A stretch of 64,000 nucleotides of DNA, from positions 4,162 through 68,161 of the forward strand of contig DASVCV010000003.1 in assembly GCA_036381415.1 (NCBI GenBank), read 5' to 3'. Below are positions 27,017 to 35,970 of the stretch, in pieces. The stretch comes from Patescibacteria group bacterium (GTDB lineage Bacteria > Patescibacteriota > Microgenomatia > UBA8517). The notes beneath the pieces were generated by a model, which saw only the letters and a list, made by a program, of their open reading frames with translations, was not told the origin of the DNA and searched no databases. The translations under genes were made by a program, and so were the position numbers. Each line of letters starts with the position of its first letter. The first letter of the stretch is position 1.

Positions 27017-28480
27017 ATGAAAGCAATAATCCTAGCTAGAGTATCTACTGAAGAACAAAAAGAGGCTGGAAATTCTTTACCTGCTCAACAAGCTAGGCTA
27101 AGAGCCTACATAGATAGAAAGTCCGATTTTCAATTAGTAAAAGAGTTTATATTTGATGAGTCAGCATATCAAGATAAAGAAAGGAAAAAATTTCAGCAGG
27201 TTGTTGATTATATTAGCAACCAAAAAGAAACAATTGCAGTTTGTTGCGATAAAGTAGATAGATTAAGCAGAGATTTTTTACTTGGTTTGCCTGCCTTAGA
27301 AAAGCTTAGAAGAATTGGTAAGATTGAATTGCACTTTCCTTCTGATAACTTAGTTATTCATAAAGATTCTCCTGCAACTGATCTATTTCACTACAATATT
27401 GCTTTGAGTTTGGCTCAATATTTTTCAAACGCTATTAGCGATAACGTCAAAAGAGCAATTGAACAAAAGCTCCGCAATGGTGAGTGGCCAGGTAAAGCTC
27501 CTTATGGATATAAAAATATAAGTATAAGCGAAGATAAAAAGGATATTATAGTGGATGAATTTACTTCAAGAGTTGTAAAGAAAATGTATGAGTGGTATTC
27601 AACGGGTGCCTATTCCCTACTCATTATTAGAAAGAAACTTAAAGAAGATCATAACATAGATTTTTCAAAGGGTTATATTGATGCAATTCTTAAAAATCCT
27701 TTCTATTGTGGTTTAATGCGTTTCAAAGGCGACCTTTACCCTCATAAATATGAACCTTTAATTTCTAAAGAGCTGTTTGATAAGGTGCAACAAATAAAGG
27801 CTGGGTATAACAAGAAGCATCATAAGTTTGCAGGGCTTCCCTACGCATATAGGGGCTTAATTCGCTGTGCTGTGTGCGGTTGTATGATAACCCCTGAGAA
27901 GCATAAAGGTCATATTTACTATCACTGCACACAATACAAAGGTAAGCATAAGATGGAATGGCTTAGAGAAGAAGATATAACCGAACAGTTTGCACAGTTA
28001 TTTAAAAAGCTACAGATACCACAAGAAATATTGGAAGATATCACAAACTCGCTTAAAAGCGTTCATAAGGGAAAAATTGAATACAGAGAGGAAGAGTTTA
28101 AAGCATTAAATGCGGAAAAGAATAAATACGCGAAAAGAATTGAACACTCATACGAGGATAGACTTGATGGGCGTATTACTGTAAATGAATATGACAAATA
28201 TCACACTGAGTTTAGAAATAAGATAAACGAAATTGATAGTAAATTAGCAAACTTACAGAAAGCAGAAGATGACTATTATTTGAGCGCAAAATACCTTCTG
28301 GAATTGGCAAACAGAGCTTCTGATTTATTCAAAAGTTCTGAAATTGAGGAAAGACGCCAACTTTTGAAGCTTACACTTCAGAACCTTACCTTGGATGGTA
28401 AAAAAGTCCGATTCCAAGCTCAAAAACCCTTTGATACAATCTTAAATTTCGCAGATAGTCCTTCTTGGCTCCCCCGGTAG
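27017..28480 (+). CDS. large serine recombinase (resolvase/invertase N-domain plus recombinase and zinc-ribbon domains)
   Basis: KAIILARVSTEEQ (catalytic Ser), C-terminal CAVCGC...CTQYKG zinc ribbon and a coiled-coil tail. Its stop codon lies inside the tRNA-Asn 3' exon on the opposite strand. Confidence 0.85.
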   Translation: MKAIILARVSTEEQKEAGNSLPAQQARLRAYIDRKSDFQLVKEFIFDESAYQDKERKKFQQVVDYISNQKETIAVCCDKVDRLSRDFLLGLPALEKLRRIGKIELHFPSDNLVIHKDSPATDLFHYNIALSLAQYFSNAISDNVKRAIEQKLRNGEWPGKAPYGYKNISISEDKKDIIVDEFTSRVVKKMYEWYSTGAYSLLIIRKKLKEDHNIDFSKGYIDAILKNPFYCGLMRFKGDLYPHKYEPLISKELFDKVQQIKAGYNKKHHKFAGLPYAYRGLIRCAVCGCMITPEKHKGHIYYHCTQYKGKHKMEWLREEDITEQFAQLFKKLQIPQEILEDITNSLKSVHKGKIEYREEEFKALNAEKNKYAKRIEHSYEDRLDGRITVNEYDKYHTEFRNKINEIDSKLANLQKAEDDYYLSAKYLLELANRASDLFKSSEIEERRQLLKLTLQNLTLDGKKVRFQAQKPFDTILNFADSPSWLPR

Positions 28481-28727
28481 GATTCGAACCTACAACCTTA
28501 TTCTTACAGTACCCCTTCTGTTACCAAAAGGACTGGACTATCTCATCTCCCTTAATGGGAGTCGGGTATATAGTCTCTACACATTTACTCTATTTAAAAA
28601 TAGAGATTTAGCTCGGGATTATCCTTTTTACAGGATTTCCCCGAATTAGCCCGATTTTACATTCTGCATTACTACAGAACGCTGCCTAACTTGACAGGAA
28701 TCTGCTCTGCCGTTGAGCTACAGGGGA
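28469..28727 (-). tRNA. tRNA-Asn(GUU) gene interrupted by a group I intron
   Basis: The 5' exon 28694..28727 reads TCCCCTG-TA-GCTC-AACGGCA-GAGC-A-GATTC-CUGU and ends in U. The 3' exon 28469..28506 reads UAA-GAAUA-AGGUU-GUAGG-UUCGAAU-CCUAC-CGGGGGA-G and follows an intronic G. Spliced, the anticodon loop is CUGUUAA, the acceptor stem pairs with one G-U, and CCA is encoded at 28466..28468. Confidence 0.6.
28507..28693 (-). ncRNA. group I intron (Azoarcus tRNA-Ile intron-like, ~187 nt) in the anticodon loop of tRNA-Asn
   Basis: P, Q, R and S elements are present. AAUUCGGGGAAAUCC (P) pairs with AAUCCCGAGC (Q). GUGUAGAGACUAUAUACC (R) and GAGAUAGUCCAG (S) form the P7 GACUA/UAGUC pairing and closely resemble the Azoarcus GUGUAGAGACUAGACGG. 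There is a U-G pair at the 5' splice site (exon CUGU with intron GGCAG) and a terminal omega-G. Confidence 0.6.
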
Positions 28728-28809
28728 ATGTTAATGAACAGGCTTATTATATCAGATTTTAGTTAAACTGCTATTGCTTTTAACTCATCTATGATACTAA
28801 AATGAATTT

Positions 28810-28840
28810 CCAGAGCATAGTAAAAGCTCTGGGTTTTTTG
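28810..28840 (+). terminator. hairpin plus T-tract (rho-independent-terminator-like)
   Basis: ccagagc-atagtaaaa-gctctgg followed by gttttttg. Confidence 0.3.
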
Positions 28841-29008
28841 TGCATTGAAAGGAGGTGAAAAATGGAGAGACAAGATTTGATTTTTGAGCCGTCTGGATTG
28901 GTTAAGGATCCTAATAACAAAGAGGAACTTGAGTTTTGGGGGCATGATGGAGGTGAATTTGTTCCTAAAAAGAGCGAAGAAGAGTCTGGGTCTAATAAAG
29001 AAAAAAAG

Positions 29009-29911
29009 TTAGAAACCGTAGGCGCTTAAAGGAGCATTGCCTATTCTAATTCTTGGAAGAGTAAATCTTTTCTGTTTACACATAGTAGAACCTGGAACAG
29101 TTGTAAAAGCTAGTTTGTAATTTAAAGACTGCAATATACTAATTGCATAATCTGCATAATTTCCATATGGATAGGCAAAAACAAGACCCTGATTTAAACC
29201 ATGCTCCTTAAGCTGAGTATCTGCTGTTTCTATTTCTTTTTTGTCTACATCAAATGATACTGCTACAGAGTGATGACTCCAGGTATGATTGGCAATGTAT
29301 ACAAGTCCTGAGTTTGCAGCTTCTTGTACTTGGTCCCAGGTGAGAAATTCTTGATTGTTTACTAATCCAGTGGGTAGAAACAAAGTTGCTTTAAAACCAA
29401 ATTCTTTTAAGACGGGAAGGGCATTTGCTGCAAAGTCATCATACCCATCATCAAAAGTAATAAGTATTGAGTTGCTTGGAACAGATGCTCCACTATCAAA
29501 GAAGCTGGTAAGTACTTCAGGAGAAACAGGAGTGTAGCCTTTGTCTTTAAGATACTGCATTTGGCTTCTAAAATCTCCTGGGTCTACTGAAAGACCTAGG
29601 TCCCCTTTTGATCTAGCTACATCCAAGTTTCTAATGTGGTGATACATAATGGTTGGTAAATGAACACAAGGTCCATATAGTTTATTTCGTTCTTCAAAAG
29701 TAAGAGGCTTAGGGGTAGGAGTCGGAGTTGGGACAGAGGTTGGTGTGGGAGATGGTGTAGAAAGATTTGCATCACTTTTTTGAAGGAAGGGTGGCAATTC
29801 TAACCTTCCTGCTTTTGTAAGAGCCACTCCTCCAAAGCCTAAAAAGAGACCTATTACTACAAGAATAACTACATGCTGAGAGATGATGATATTTTTTAAT
29901 TTTGGCAACAT
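29009..29911 (-). CDS. polysaccharide deacetylase (NodB/CE4) family, membrane-anchored with Pro/Thr linker
   Basis: N-terminal TM, PTPTSVPTPTPTPKP linker, NodB motifs ITFDDGYDDF and HTWSHH. Confidence 0.75.
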   Translation of the reverse strand: MLPKLKNIIISQHVVILVVIGLFLGFGGVALTKAGRLELPPFLQKSDANLSTPSPTPTSVPTPTPTPKPLTFEERNKLYGPCVHLPTIMYHHIRNLDVARSKGDLGLSVDPGDFRSQMQYLKDKGYTPVSPEVLTSFFDSGASVPSNSILITFDDGYDDFAANALPVLKEFGFKATLFLPTGLVNNQEFLTWDQVQEAANSGLVYIANHTWSHHSVAVSFDVDKKEIETADTQLKEHGLNQGLVFAYPYGNYADYAISILQSLNYKLAFTTVPGSTMCKQKRFTLPRIRIGNAPLSAYGF

Positions 29912-29944
29912 TTTGTCTACTTAACAGTATATATTATTTTCTCT

Positions 29945-31075
29945 TTACTCTGCTAAATAATCTTGAAGCTTTCTTCTTCTTGAAGGGTGTCTTAATTTTC
30001 TTAGCGCCTTTGCTTCAATTTGTCTTATTCTTTCCCTTGTTACACCAAATACTTTACCTACATCTTCCAAGGTCTTTGGATCTCCACCTTCAAGACCAAA
30101 CCTATAGATAAGAACTTTGGCTTCTCTTTCTGAAAGAGTAGAAAGAATTTCATTAAGGTGGTCTTTAAGAAGCTGGCGGGAAGCTGCTTCAACTGGGGAA
30201 ACCTGGGATTCATCTTCAATGAAATCTCCAAGAGAGCTTTCTTCATCTTCACCAACTGGTGTTTGGAGTGAAGTAGTTTCTTGAGAGATCTTAAAGATTT
30301 CTCTTACTCTATCTCCACTTATTCCTAATTCTTCTCCAATTTCTTCAGGAGTTGCTTCACGGCCAAGATCCTGCATAAGTCTTTGGGAAGTCCTATAGAG
30401 CTTATTTATGGTTTCCACCATGTGGACTGGAATACGGATGGTGCGAGCCTGATCAGCAATTGCACGAGTTATTGCCTGCCTAATCCACCAGGTAGCATAG
30501 GTTGAAAACTTATACCCTCTTCTCCAGTCATACTTCTCAACTGCTCTTATAAGTCCTTGGTTTCCTTCTTGTATAAGATCAAGAAGAGATAGACCACGGC
30601 CTATATACTTTTTAGCAATGGAAACAACTAAACGAAGGTTTGACTCTGTAAGCTTGTCTTTTGCTCTTTTGTCAGCTTTTTCAAATCTCTTGGCAAGTTC
30701 TACTTCTTCTTCTGCATCAAGAAGAGCAAACTTACCAATTTCTCTTAAGTACTGCCTAACAGGATCTGTTGACTCTGGGCCTTCAATTTTGGAAAGAATT
30801 TCAATTTCTTGTTCAAGGTTGGCTTGGGCTCCTTCTTCATCTTCTTGTGGAGTGACTGATTCAAAGACATCTACACCTTCATCTAGAAGCTGGCCATACA
30901 GAAGATCTAATTCCTCTATTCTTTTTTCAGCATCGGGAAATGCAACCAGGATATCTTCCTGAGTAAGAAAGCCTTGGTCTTTTCCTTTTTTAATTAGGTC
31001 TTGGGTAATTTTTCTAAGCATAAGTTTCCTTCCTTGCTTATTAGCATTATTTACGCAAGAAAAGCGAGAGCACAC
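29945..31075 (-). CDS. rpoD: RNA polymerase sigma-70 primary sigma factor
   Basis: Region 1.2 [16 protein letters not shown], regions 2-4 ([55 protein letters not shown]). The probable true start is the internal MLRKITQ. Confidence 0.9.
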   Translation of the reverse strand: MCSRFSCVNNANKQGRKLMLRKITQDLIKKGKDQGFLTQEDILVAFPDAEKRIEELDLLYGQLLDEGVDVFESVTPQEDEEGAQANLEQEIEILSKIEGPESTDPVRQYLREIGKFALLDAEEEVELAKRFEKADKRAKDKLTESNLRLVVSIAKKYIGRGLSLLDLIQEGNQGLIRAVEKYDWRRGYKFSTYATWWIRQAITRAIADQARTIRIPVHMVETINKLYRTSQRLMQDLGREATPEEIGEELGISGDRVREIFKISQETTSLQTPVGEDEESSLGDFIEDESQVSPVEAASRQLLKDHLNEILSTLSEREAKVLIYRFGLEGGDPKTLEDVGKVFGVTRERIRQIEAKALRKLRHPSRRRKLQDYLAE

Positions 31076-31081
31076 TCTCGC

Positions 31082-32869
31082 CTACTTGGTTTTCCCTATT
31101 ATACGCTCAAAATCAACGTCTTTAAAGCCCTTTAACTTTGCAGACAGATTTTCATACTCTTTTTGAGCTTTAGGGTCATTGTTTTCGGCTATACGCCGTA
31201 AGACTTTTTTAAGCCTTTGCTTGGTATCAAGGGTAAAAAGTTCTTTAAAAGTGAGCTTTAGCTCCTTTTGACAATCAACACCATCTTCTACCCCTTTAAA
31301 CACTAATACGCCAAATCCTTCAAAAAGTTCCACTGGAAGGCTTTCAGAAAAGCTTTTAAGGTTAAATTCAGAGTGAGATGAGAGAAATAAAGAGGCTTCT
31401 TGGACTATTCTTTTTATGAGAGGAGTTGTAAAAAATGAACTAATTTCTTCATTTTGAAAGATATGAGGATCATACTGAAAAATAAGACTGGCAAAGCGCT
31501 CTTCAATAAGTTCTCTTCTTGTTTTTGATTTTTCAACTTCAGGTACAGGAAGTGTTTTTTCATCTTTTTTAGCATCATTTGCCTCTTTGGGAGTATGTCT
31601 TACAAGTTCTTCTACTACTGCTTCATCTGGAATATCAAGTCTTTTTGCTACTAAATCAATGTAGTGAGCTTGAACAATTTTATCTGGAATGGAGGCAAGA
31701 ATAGGAGTTACTTCCCTACTAATTTTTGCTACATCTGCATCTTCTTTTCCTTCATGCTTTGAAAATACTAAGTCTAAAAGGAAATCCCAAATTCCGATTG
31801 TTTTTTTAAGTGCATCTTTATAACCTGCAGGGTCTGCACGAGCTGCATCATCTGGATCTTTATATTTAGTAAGTCTTAAAACTTTAATATCAAATCCAAA
31901 TTCATTAAGAATAGTAATTCCACGCCTTGCTGCTTCTCCTCCTGCAAAATCAGAATCTAGTGCCAAGACCACTTCTTTTGCAAAACGGGAAAGGATTCTT
32001 CCTTGGTCAGCAGTAACTGCAGATCCTTTAATTGCAACAACATTTCTAATTCCAATTTGCCAGGAAGAAATTAAATCAAGCTCTCCTTCAACAATCAATG
32101 CAGTGCCACTTTTTTTAATGTCAGGACGAGTAATGTTGAGTCCATATAATGTGGCACCTTTGTGATAAATAGGAGTTTCTGGGGAATTTATGTACTTGGC
32201 TGAATCTGGTCTTTCATAGTTAGGTAAAATGCGTCCGGCAAGAGCAAGAGTGTTGCCACGGTAATCAAGAATTGGAAAGATTGCTCTTCCTCTAAATCTG
32301 TCTAAGTAACTTCCTCTTACTTTAATAGCAAGGCCTGCTTTTTCAACATCAGCGGGTTTAAATTTCTTTTTGTTTACTAGGAAATTAAAAAGAGTGGAAG
32401 GATTATTAGGGGCAAAACCTAAATTAAAAGTTTCAATTGTTTCTTTTTTTAGTCCCCTTTTCTCACTTAAATAAGCTAGAGCATCAGTTCCAATTTTATG
32501 TTTAGTTAAAAGAAAATTATAGAATTTGGCTGCAAGAGCATTAAGTTCATATAACACTTCTTTTCCTGACTTATCCTGAAAAGAAGACCTTTCAAGTTTA
32601 ATACCGGCTCTATCTGCTAAATACTTTAAAGCTTCTCCAAAATCCATTCCTTCCTGTTTTTCAAGAAAAGAAAAAACGTCCCCACCCTCACCACATCCAA
32701 AACATTTATAAATTTGAAGTTCTGGAGAGACCATGAAGGAAGGAGACTTTTCAGAATGGAATGGACAGAGTCCTTTAAAGTTAGATCCAGCTTTTTTTAA
32801 GACAACATGCTCTCCAATAATTGCAACAATGTCTGTTTTTTGTTTTATTTCTTCAATCTGATCTGCCAT
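31082..32869 (-). CDS. dnaG: DNA primase
   Basis: Zinc-binding CPFHSEKSPSF...CFGCGEGGD, TOPRIM EGELDLIS...DSDFAGG. It lies immediately upstream of rpoD in the classic dnaG-rpoD arrangement. Confidence 0.9.
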   Translation of the reverse strand: MADQIEEIKQKTDIVAIIGEHVVLKKAGSNFKGLCPFHSEKSPSFMVSPELQIYKCFGCGEGGDVFSFLEKQEGMDFGEALKYLADRAGIKLERSSFQDKSGKEVLYELNALAAKFYNFLLTKHKIGTDALAYLSEKRGLKKETIETFNLGFAPNNPSTLFNFLVNKKKFKPADVEKAGLAIKVRGSYLDRFRGRAIFPILDYRGNTLALAGRILPNYERPDSAKYINSPETPIYHKGATLYGLNITRPDIKKSGTALIVEGELDLISSWQIGIRNVVAIKGSAVTADQGRILSRFAKEVVLALDSDFAGGEAARRGITILNEFGFDIKVLRLTKYKDPDDAARADPAGYKDALKKTIGIWDFLLDLVFSKHEGKEDADVAKISREVTPILASIPDKIVQAHYIDLVAKRLDIPDEAVVEELVRHTPKEANDAKKDEKTLPVPEVEKSKTRRELIEERFASLIFQYDPHIFQNEEISSFFTTPLIKRIVQEASLFLSSHSEFNLKSFSESLPVELFEGFGVLVFKGVEDGVDCQKELKLTFKELFTLDTKQRLKKVLRRIAENNDPKAQKEYENLSAKLKGFKDVDFERIIGKTK

Positions 32870-32948
32870 GGAGTTAGGTTGATTTTAGCACAAATACCGA
32901 AAAAATAATGAAGCTCTAGTGAAATTATAAAAATGTGGAGTAGAATAC

Positions 32949-33713
32949 TTGGAAAAGATGAACGAGAGAAAAGACCGCGCACAAACTAACTTGCTTAAGG
33001 ATTACTTTATAAGAAATGGAGTAGAACTTGTACTTTTTGACTTGGATGATACGCTTTTAAAAACCCACCAAGTTTTTGTTGACCAGATTTCAGCTTATTA
33101 TAAACATATTGCTTCATGCATTCCTGATATAGACATGGCACGTCTTATCCAAATTTTTGAAAAGGCAAACATAGATGTTTTTAGCATAAGTAGTGTTAAT
33201 CCAAATAGATGGGAGCATGTGGTTTATAGACTAAAAAGTTATTTTCCTTCAAATCCAGCTCCATTTGAATCTGGCAGGGATATCTTAATGCAGATATACA
33301 ATGTTGTTCCTGAATTGGAAGAAGGAGCAATTGAAACCCTTGAAGTTTTTTCAGAGACTGGAATACCTTTAGAATTAGTAACTCATGCAAACGAAGCTTG
33401 GACATATTTTAAACTTGATAATACAGGGCTTAGGAAATATTTTAGAGAACCTAATGTTATCAGTCAGGATGGATATAAAACTTCTGAAGAGTGGAGAAGG
33501 GTAATATCAAGAAGAAAAGTAAATCCAAATTCAGTTATGGTGATTGGAGATAACATTGAAGGAGATATTATTTCTTCAAACAAGGCAGGTGTAACAAAGC
33601 TAGTGTGGGTGAATTGTAAAGACGGGTGGAGCCGTTTTAAACAAGGAGAGGTGCCAGAAGGAACAATTAAGATTAAAGGGGTAAATGAATTAGTTAATAC
33701 CTTATTGAAGTGA
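32949..33713 (+). CDS. HAD-superfamily hydrolase
   Basis: Motif I LVLFDLDDTLL and motif IV VIGDNIEGDI. Confidence 0.6.
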   Translation: MEKMNERKDRAQTNLLKDYFIRNGVELVLFDLDDTLLKTHQVFVDQISAYYKHIASCIPDIDMARLIQIFEKANIDVFSISSVNPNRWEHVVYRLKSYFPSNPAPFESGRDILMQIYNVVPELEEGAIETLEVFSETGIPLELVTHANEAWTYFKLDNTGLRKYFREPNVISQDGYKTSEEWRRVISRRKVNPNSVMVIGDNIEGDIISSNKAGVTKLVWVNCKDGWSRFKQGEVPEGTIKIKGVNELVNTLLK

Positions 33714-33715
33714 GC

Positions 33716-33798
33716 GGAAGGGACAGGATTCGAACCTGCGAGGGCTTGCGCCCACACGCTCTCCAAGCGTGCGCCTTGAACCGCTCGGCCACCCTTCC
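33716..33798 (-). tRNA. tRNA-Ser(GGA)
   Basis: Reverse complement GGAAGGG-UG-GCC-GAGCGGUUCAA-GGC..., anticodon loop UUGGAGA, long variable arm, T-loop GGUUCGAAUCC, acceptor CCCUUCC-G. Confidence 0.75.
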
Positions 33799-34239
33799 CT
33801 ATTTTTTCTTTTTCTTTTTTTCTGCCTCTAATTTTTTAAGAAGGTCACGAGCTCCCCTTAACATGGCTTGGTCTCTTTTGGTGGTAAGCTTTTTAATAGC
33901 TTTTCCATATTCAAACCAATCATATGCAGCAAAACCTAGTACTTCTTTTCCTTCTTTATTAATCATTAAGTAATAAAGATACCTTTGAGGAACGGTGCGC
34001 CCTCCAAGCATTGCAGCTCCTCCACCACGGCCTACTTCTTCAAGGACTTTTGCTCTCATTCCACCTTGCTCACCCATGGCTCTAATTACTGCTCTAACTG
34101 AAGACTCTCCCCTTCTTGCAGTGGTTTTGGGAAGTTCCCAATCAGAATCTTCTTTTTGTTTTACAAGAAACCAAGTTGTTTTACCATTTGCCTTGCGGTA
34201 AACAACTGCTGCTCCTACTAATAATATTTTTTCTTTCAT
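33799..34239 (-). CDS. hypothetical protein, weakly NUDIX-like, Lys-rich C-tail
   Basis: 146 aa. WELPKTTARRGESSVRAVIRAMGEQGG resembles a degenerate Nudix box. The C-terminus is KKKKKK. Confidence 0.35.
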   Translation of the reverse strand: MKEKILLVGAAVVYRKANGKTTWFLVKQKEDSDWELPKTTARRGESSVRAVIRAMGEQGGMRAKVLEEVGRGGGAAMLGGRTVPQRYLYYLMINKEGKEVLGFAAYDWFEYGKAIKKLTTKRDQAMLRGARDLLKKLEAEKKKKKK

Positions 34240-34252
34240 TTTTTCAATTATG

Positions 34253-34324
34253 TGTCCCTGGTCAGAATTGAACTGACATCAAAGGTTCCGGAAACCTTTA
34301 CTTTATCCATTAAGCTACAGGGAC
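34253..34324 (-). tRNA. tRNA-Arg(CCG)
   Basis: Reverse complement GUCCCUG-UA-GCUU-AAUGGAUA-AAGU-A-AAGGU-UUCCGGA-ACCUU-UGAU-GUCAG-UUCAAUU-CUGAC-CAGGGAC-A. Confidence 0.75.
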
Positions 34325-34352
34325 TTATTATACTCTACTTTGTAGCCTAATG

Positions 34353-34435
34353 CGGAGAGGACAGGACTCGAACCTGCAAGGGCTTACGCCCGCCGGTTTT
34401 CGAAACCGGTACCTTACCATTCGGTACACCTCTCC
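34353..34435 (-). tRNA. tRNA-Ser(CGA)
   Basis: Reverse complement GGAGAGG..., anticodon stem CCGGU/ACCGG with loop UUCGAAA, long variable arm GCGGGCGUAAGCCCUUGC, T-loop GGUUCGAGUCC, acceptor CCUCUCC-G. Confidence 0.75.
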
Positions 34436-34449
34436 TTAATTTTAATTTG

Positions 34450-34521
34450 TGCACCCGCCCAGAGTCGAACTGGGATCAAAAGCTCCGCAAGCTTGTACTC
34501 TATCCATTGAGCTACGGGTGC
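34450..34521 (-). tRNA. tRNA with anticodon GCG (Arg, unusual G34)
   Basis: Reverse complement GCACCCG-UA-GCUC-AAUGGAUA-GAGU-A-CAAGC-UUGCGGA-GCUUU-UGAU-CCCAG-UUCGACU-CUGGG-CGGGUGC-A. There is a C27-U43 mismatch in the anticodon stem. Confidence 0.6.
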
Positions 34522-34524
34522 AAG

Positions 34525-35076
34525 TTATTTATTACCCGGCATCCTTTTTGAAACCCAGATGGTTGCTTTATCTATATATGAAGGTGGAATTTCTTCATGT
34601 ACTAAGTACTCTGAAATTTCCTTTTTAATTTCATCCTTCACACTAGAATTAACAACCACTTCTAGACGGCCAGGCAGAGTTACTGTTTCTACAACCAAAA
34701 GTTCACTGTCAAACCTTTTAGTAAACCAAAATCTTCCCATTACATCCCAAGATGTGGTCTTACCTGCCACATTTATTCCTTTATTAGTAATTTTGTACTG
34801 GATGTTTTCAGGCTCTACAGTACTCATTACATAGAAAAGAAATACAAGAGAAATTATTAGAATTACAGGTAAAAAGCCTTCTATTAAAAAAAGAACAAAT
34901 CCGGCAACAGCTGCCATTGCTATCACTGTTACAAAAAACTCTTTGTTTCTTCTTTTAAAAGGCCTTGCTGGCGCGGTCCAAGTTACCAAGTCTTTTTCAG
35001 GCTCAGATTTCATCACTTCTGGCTTTGTATTTTGGTTTTCTGGTAATGTGCTACTTTCTTTTTCAATGGCAGGCAT
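34525..35076 (-). CDS. membrane protein with bacterial PH (bPH_2/YdbS-like) domain
   Basis: Two TM helices followed by a PH-like domain (KITNKGINVAGKTTSWDVMGRFWFTKRFDSELLVV). Confidence 0.45.
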   Translation of the reverse strand: MPAIEKESSTLPENQNTKPEVMKSEPEKDLVTWTAPARPFKRRNKEFFVTVIAMAAVAGFVLFLIEGFLPVILIISLVFLFYVMSTVEPENIQYKITNKGINVAGKTTSWDVMGRFWFTKRFDSELLVVETVTLPGRLEVVVNSSVKDEIKKEISEYLVHEEIPPSYIDKATIWVSKRMPGNK

Positions 35077-35144
35077 ATTAACCCATATTATACGCTAGTT
35101 TAGGGTACGTTCCAAGCTTACAATCTGATATAATGTGCTTGTTT

Positions 35145-35230
35145 GGAGGGTATCCCGAACGGCTCAGGGAATGGTTTGCTAAACCATAACGTTTAATTGC
35201 GTTAGGTGGGTTCGACTCCCGCACCCTCCG
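35145..35230 (+). tRNA. tRNA-Ser(GCU)
   Basis: GGAGGGU-AU-CCC-GAACGGCUCA-GGG-AA-UGGUU-UGCUAAA-ACCAU with long variable arm AACGUUUAAUUGCGUUAG, then GUGGG-UUCGACU-CCCGC-ACCCUCC-G. This parse is a 5-bp stem with a UGCUAAA loop (the working notes used AUGGU/UUGCUAA/ACCAU); under either parse the anticodon is GCU. Confidence 0.75.
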
Positions 35231-35262
35231 CACTAAGCCAAATTTGCTATAATCTACTATAG

Positions 35263-35353
35263 GGTGAGGTGTCCGAGAGGCCGATGGAGTTAGTCTTGAA
35301 AACTAATGTAGCGAATTTCGTTACCGTGGGTTCGAATCCCACCCTCACCGCCA
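35263..35353 (+). tRNA. tRNA-Ser(UGA), CCA encoded
   Basis: GGUGAGG-UG-UCC-GAGAGGCCGAU-GGA-G-UUAGU-CUUGAAA-ACUAA with long variable arm, then GUGGG-UUCGAAU-CCCAC-CCUCACC-G-CCA. Confidence 0.75.
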
Positions 35354-35355
35354 AC

Positions 35356-35967
35356 TTACGAGGCCATAGTTAAACCTATTGTTTCTTTTGCTCCATTTTC
35401 TTTTAATACTTTTTCTACTTCTTTAATTGTTGAACCAGTTGTAGCTACATCATCAAATATAACGTAGAAAAAATCAGGCTCAATTTTTTCTTTCCAGGCG
35501 TGATTTACCGCAAATTTACCGCGTAAATTCCGCAGCCTTTCTTCCTTTGCCAGTTCAACTTGAGGCTGACTGGCTTCAGTTTTTGCTATGAGGTCTGGGT
35601 TGAATTTCCAACCAAAATCTTTAGCTATCTTTTTTCCCATCATTTCAGCCTGATTAAAACCTCTCCAGTTTTGTCTTTGTTTGTGGAGTGGGACTGGAAC
35701 TAGAATTAGGTTTTTTGGAAATGAGAAGTTTTTCCTTTTAAGTTCTAGAATGGTTAGTTTTGCTAATTCTTCCCCTACTTCAAAGGCAAACTTGTATTTT
35801 AAGGCTAGAATGGCCTGTTTAATGACTCCTTCATAATTCCAAATGGAGATTATATTTTCTTGGTTTTGAGAATACCTTACTTTAGATAGACAGCTGCCAC
35901 AGATATACTTCCCTTCTTTTTTACAGGTTAAGCATCTTTTGGGAAATACTATATCTAGGACAGACAC
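35356..35967 (-). CDS. ComF-family protein (double zinc ribbon plus phosphoribosyltransferase domain)
   Basis: N-terminal CLTCKKEGKYICGSCLSKV zinc ribbon. C-terminal PRTase motif VIFDDVATTGSTI. Confidence 0.7.
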   Translation of the reverse strand: MSVLDIVFPKRCLTCKKEGKYICGSCLSKVRYSQNQENIISIWNYEGVIKQAILALKYKFAFEVGEELAKLTILELKRKNFSFPKNLILVPVPLHKQRQNWRGFNQAEMMGKKIAKDFGWKFNPDLIAKTEASQPQVELAKEERLRNLRGKFAVNHAWKEKIEPDFFYVIFDDVATTGSTIKEVEKVLKENGAKETIGLTMAS

Positions 35968-35970
35968 CTC

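Noticed and set aside
28469-28727. Whether the two tRNA halves are separate att-site fragments left by element integration rather than one intron-containing gene
   Set aside because: Only 187 nt separate the halves, there is no ORF between them, and that spacer carries the conserved P, Q, R and S group I core sequences. It also has correct splice-site U-G and omega-G, and the halves splice into a complete tRNA. An att duplication would place the copies at opposite ends of the island.
33710-33973. 87-aa + strand ORF
   Set aside because: It overlaps tRNA-Ser(GGA) and the poly-T/A tract, and is antisense to the 146-aa gene.
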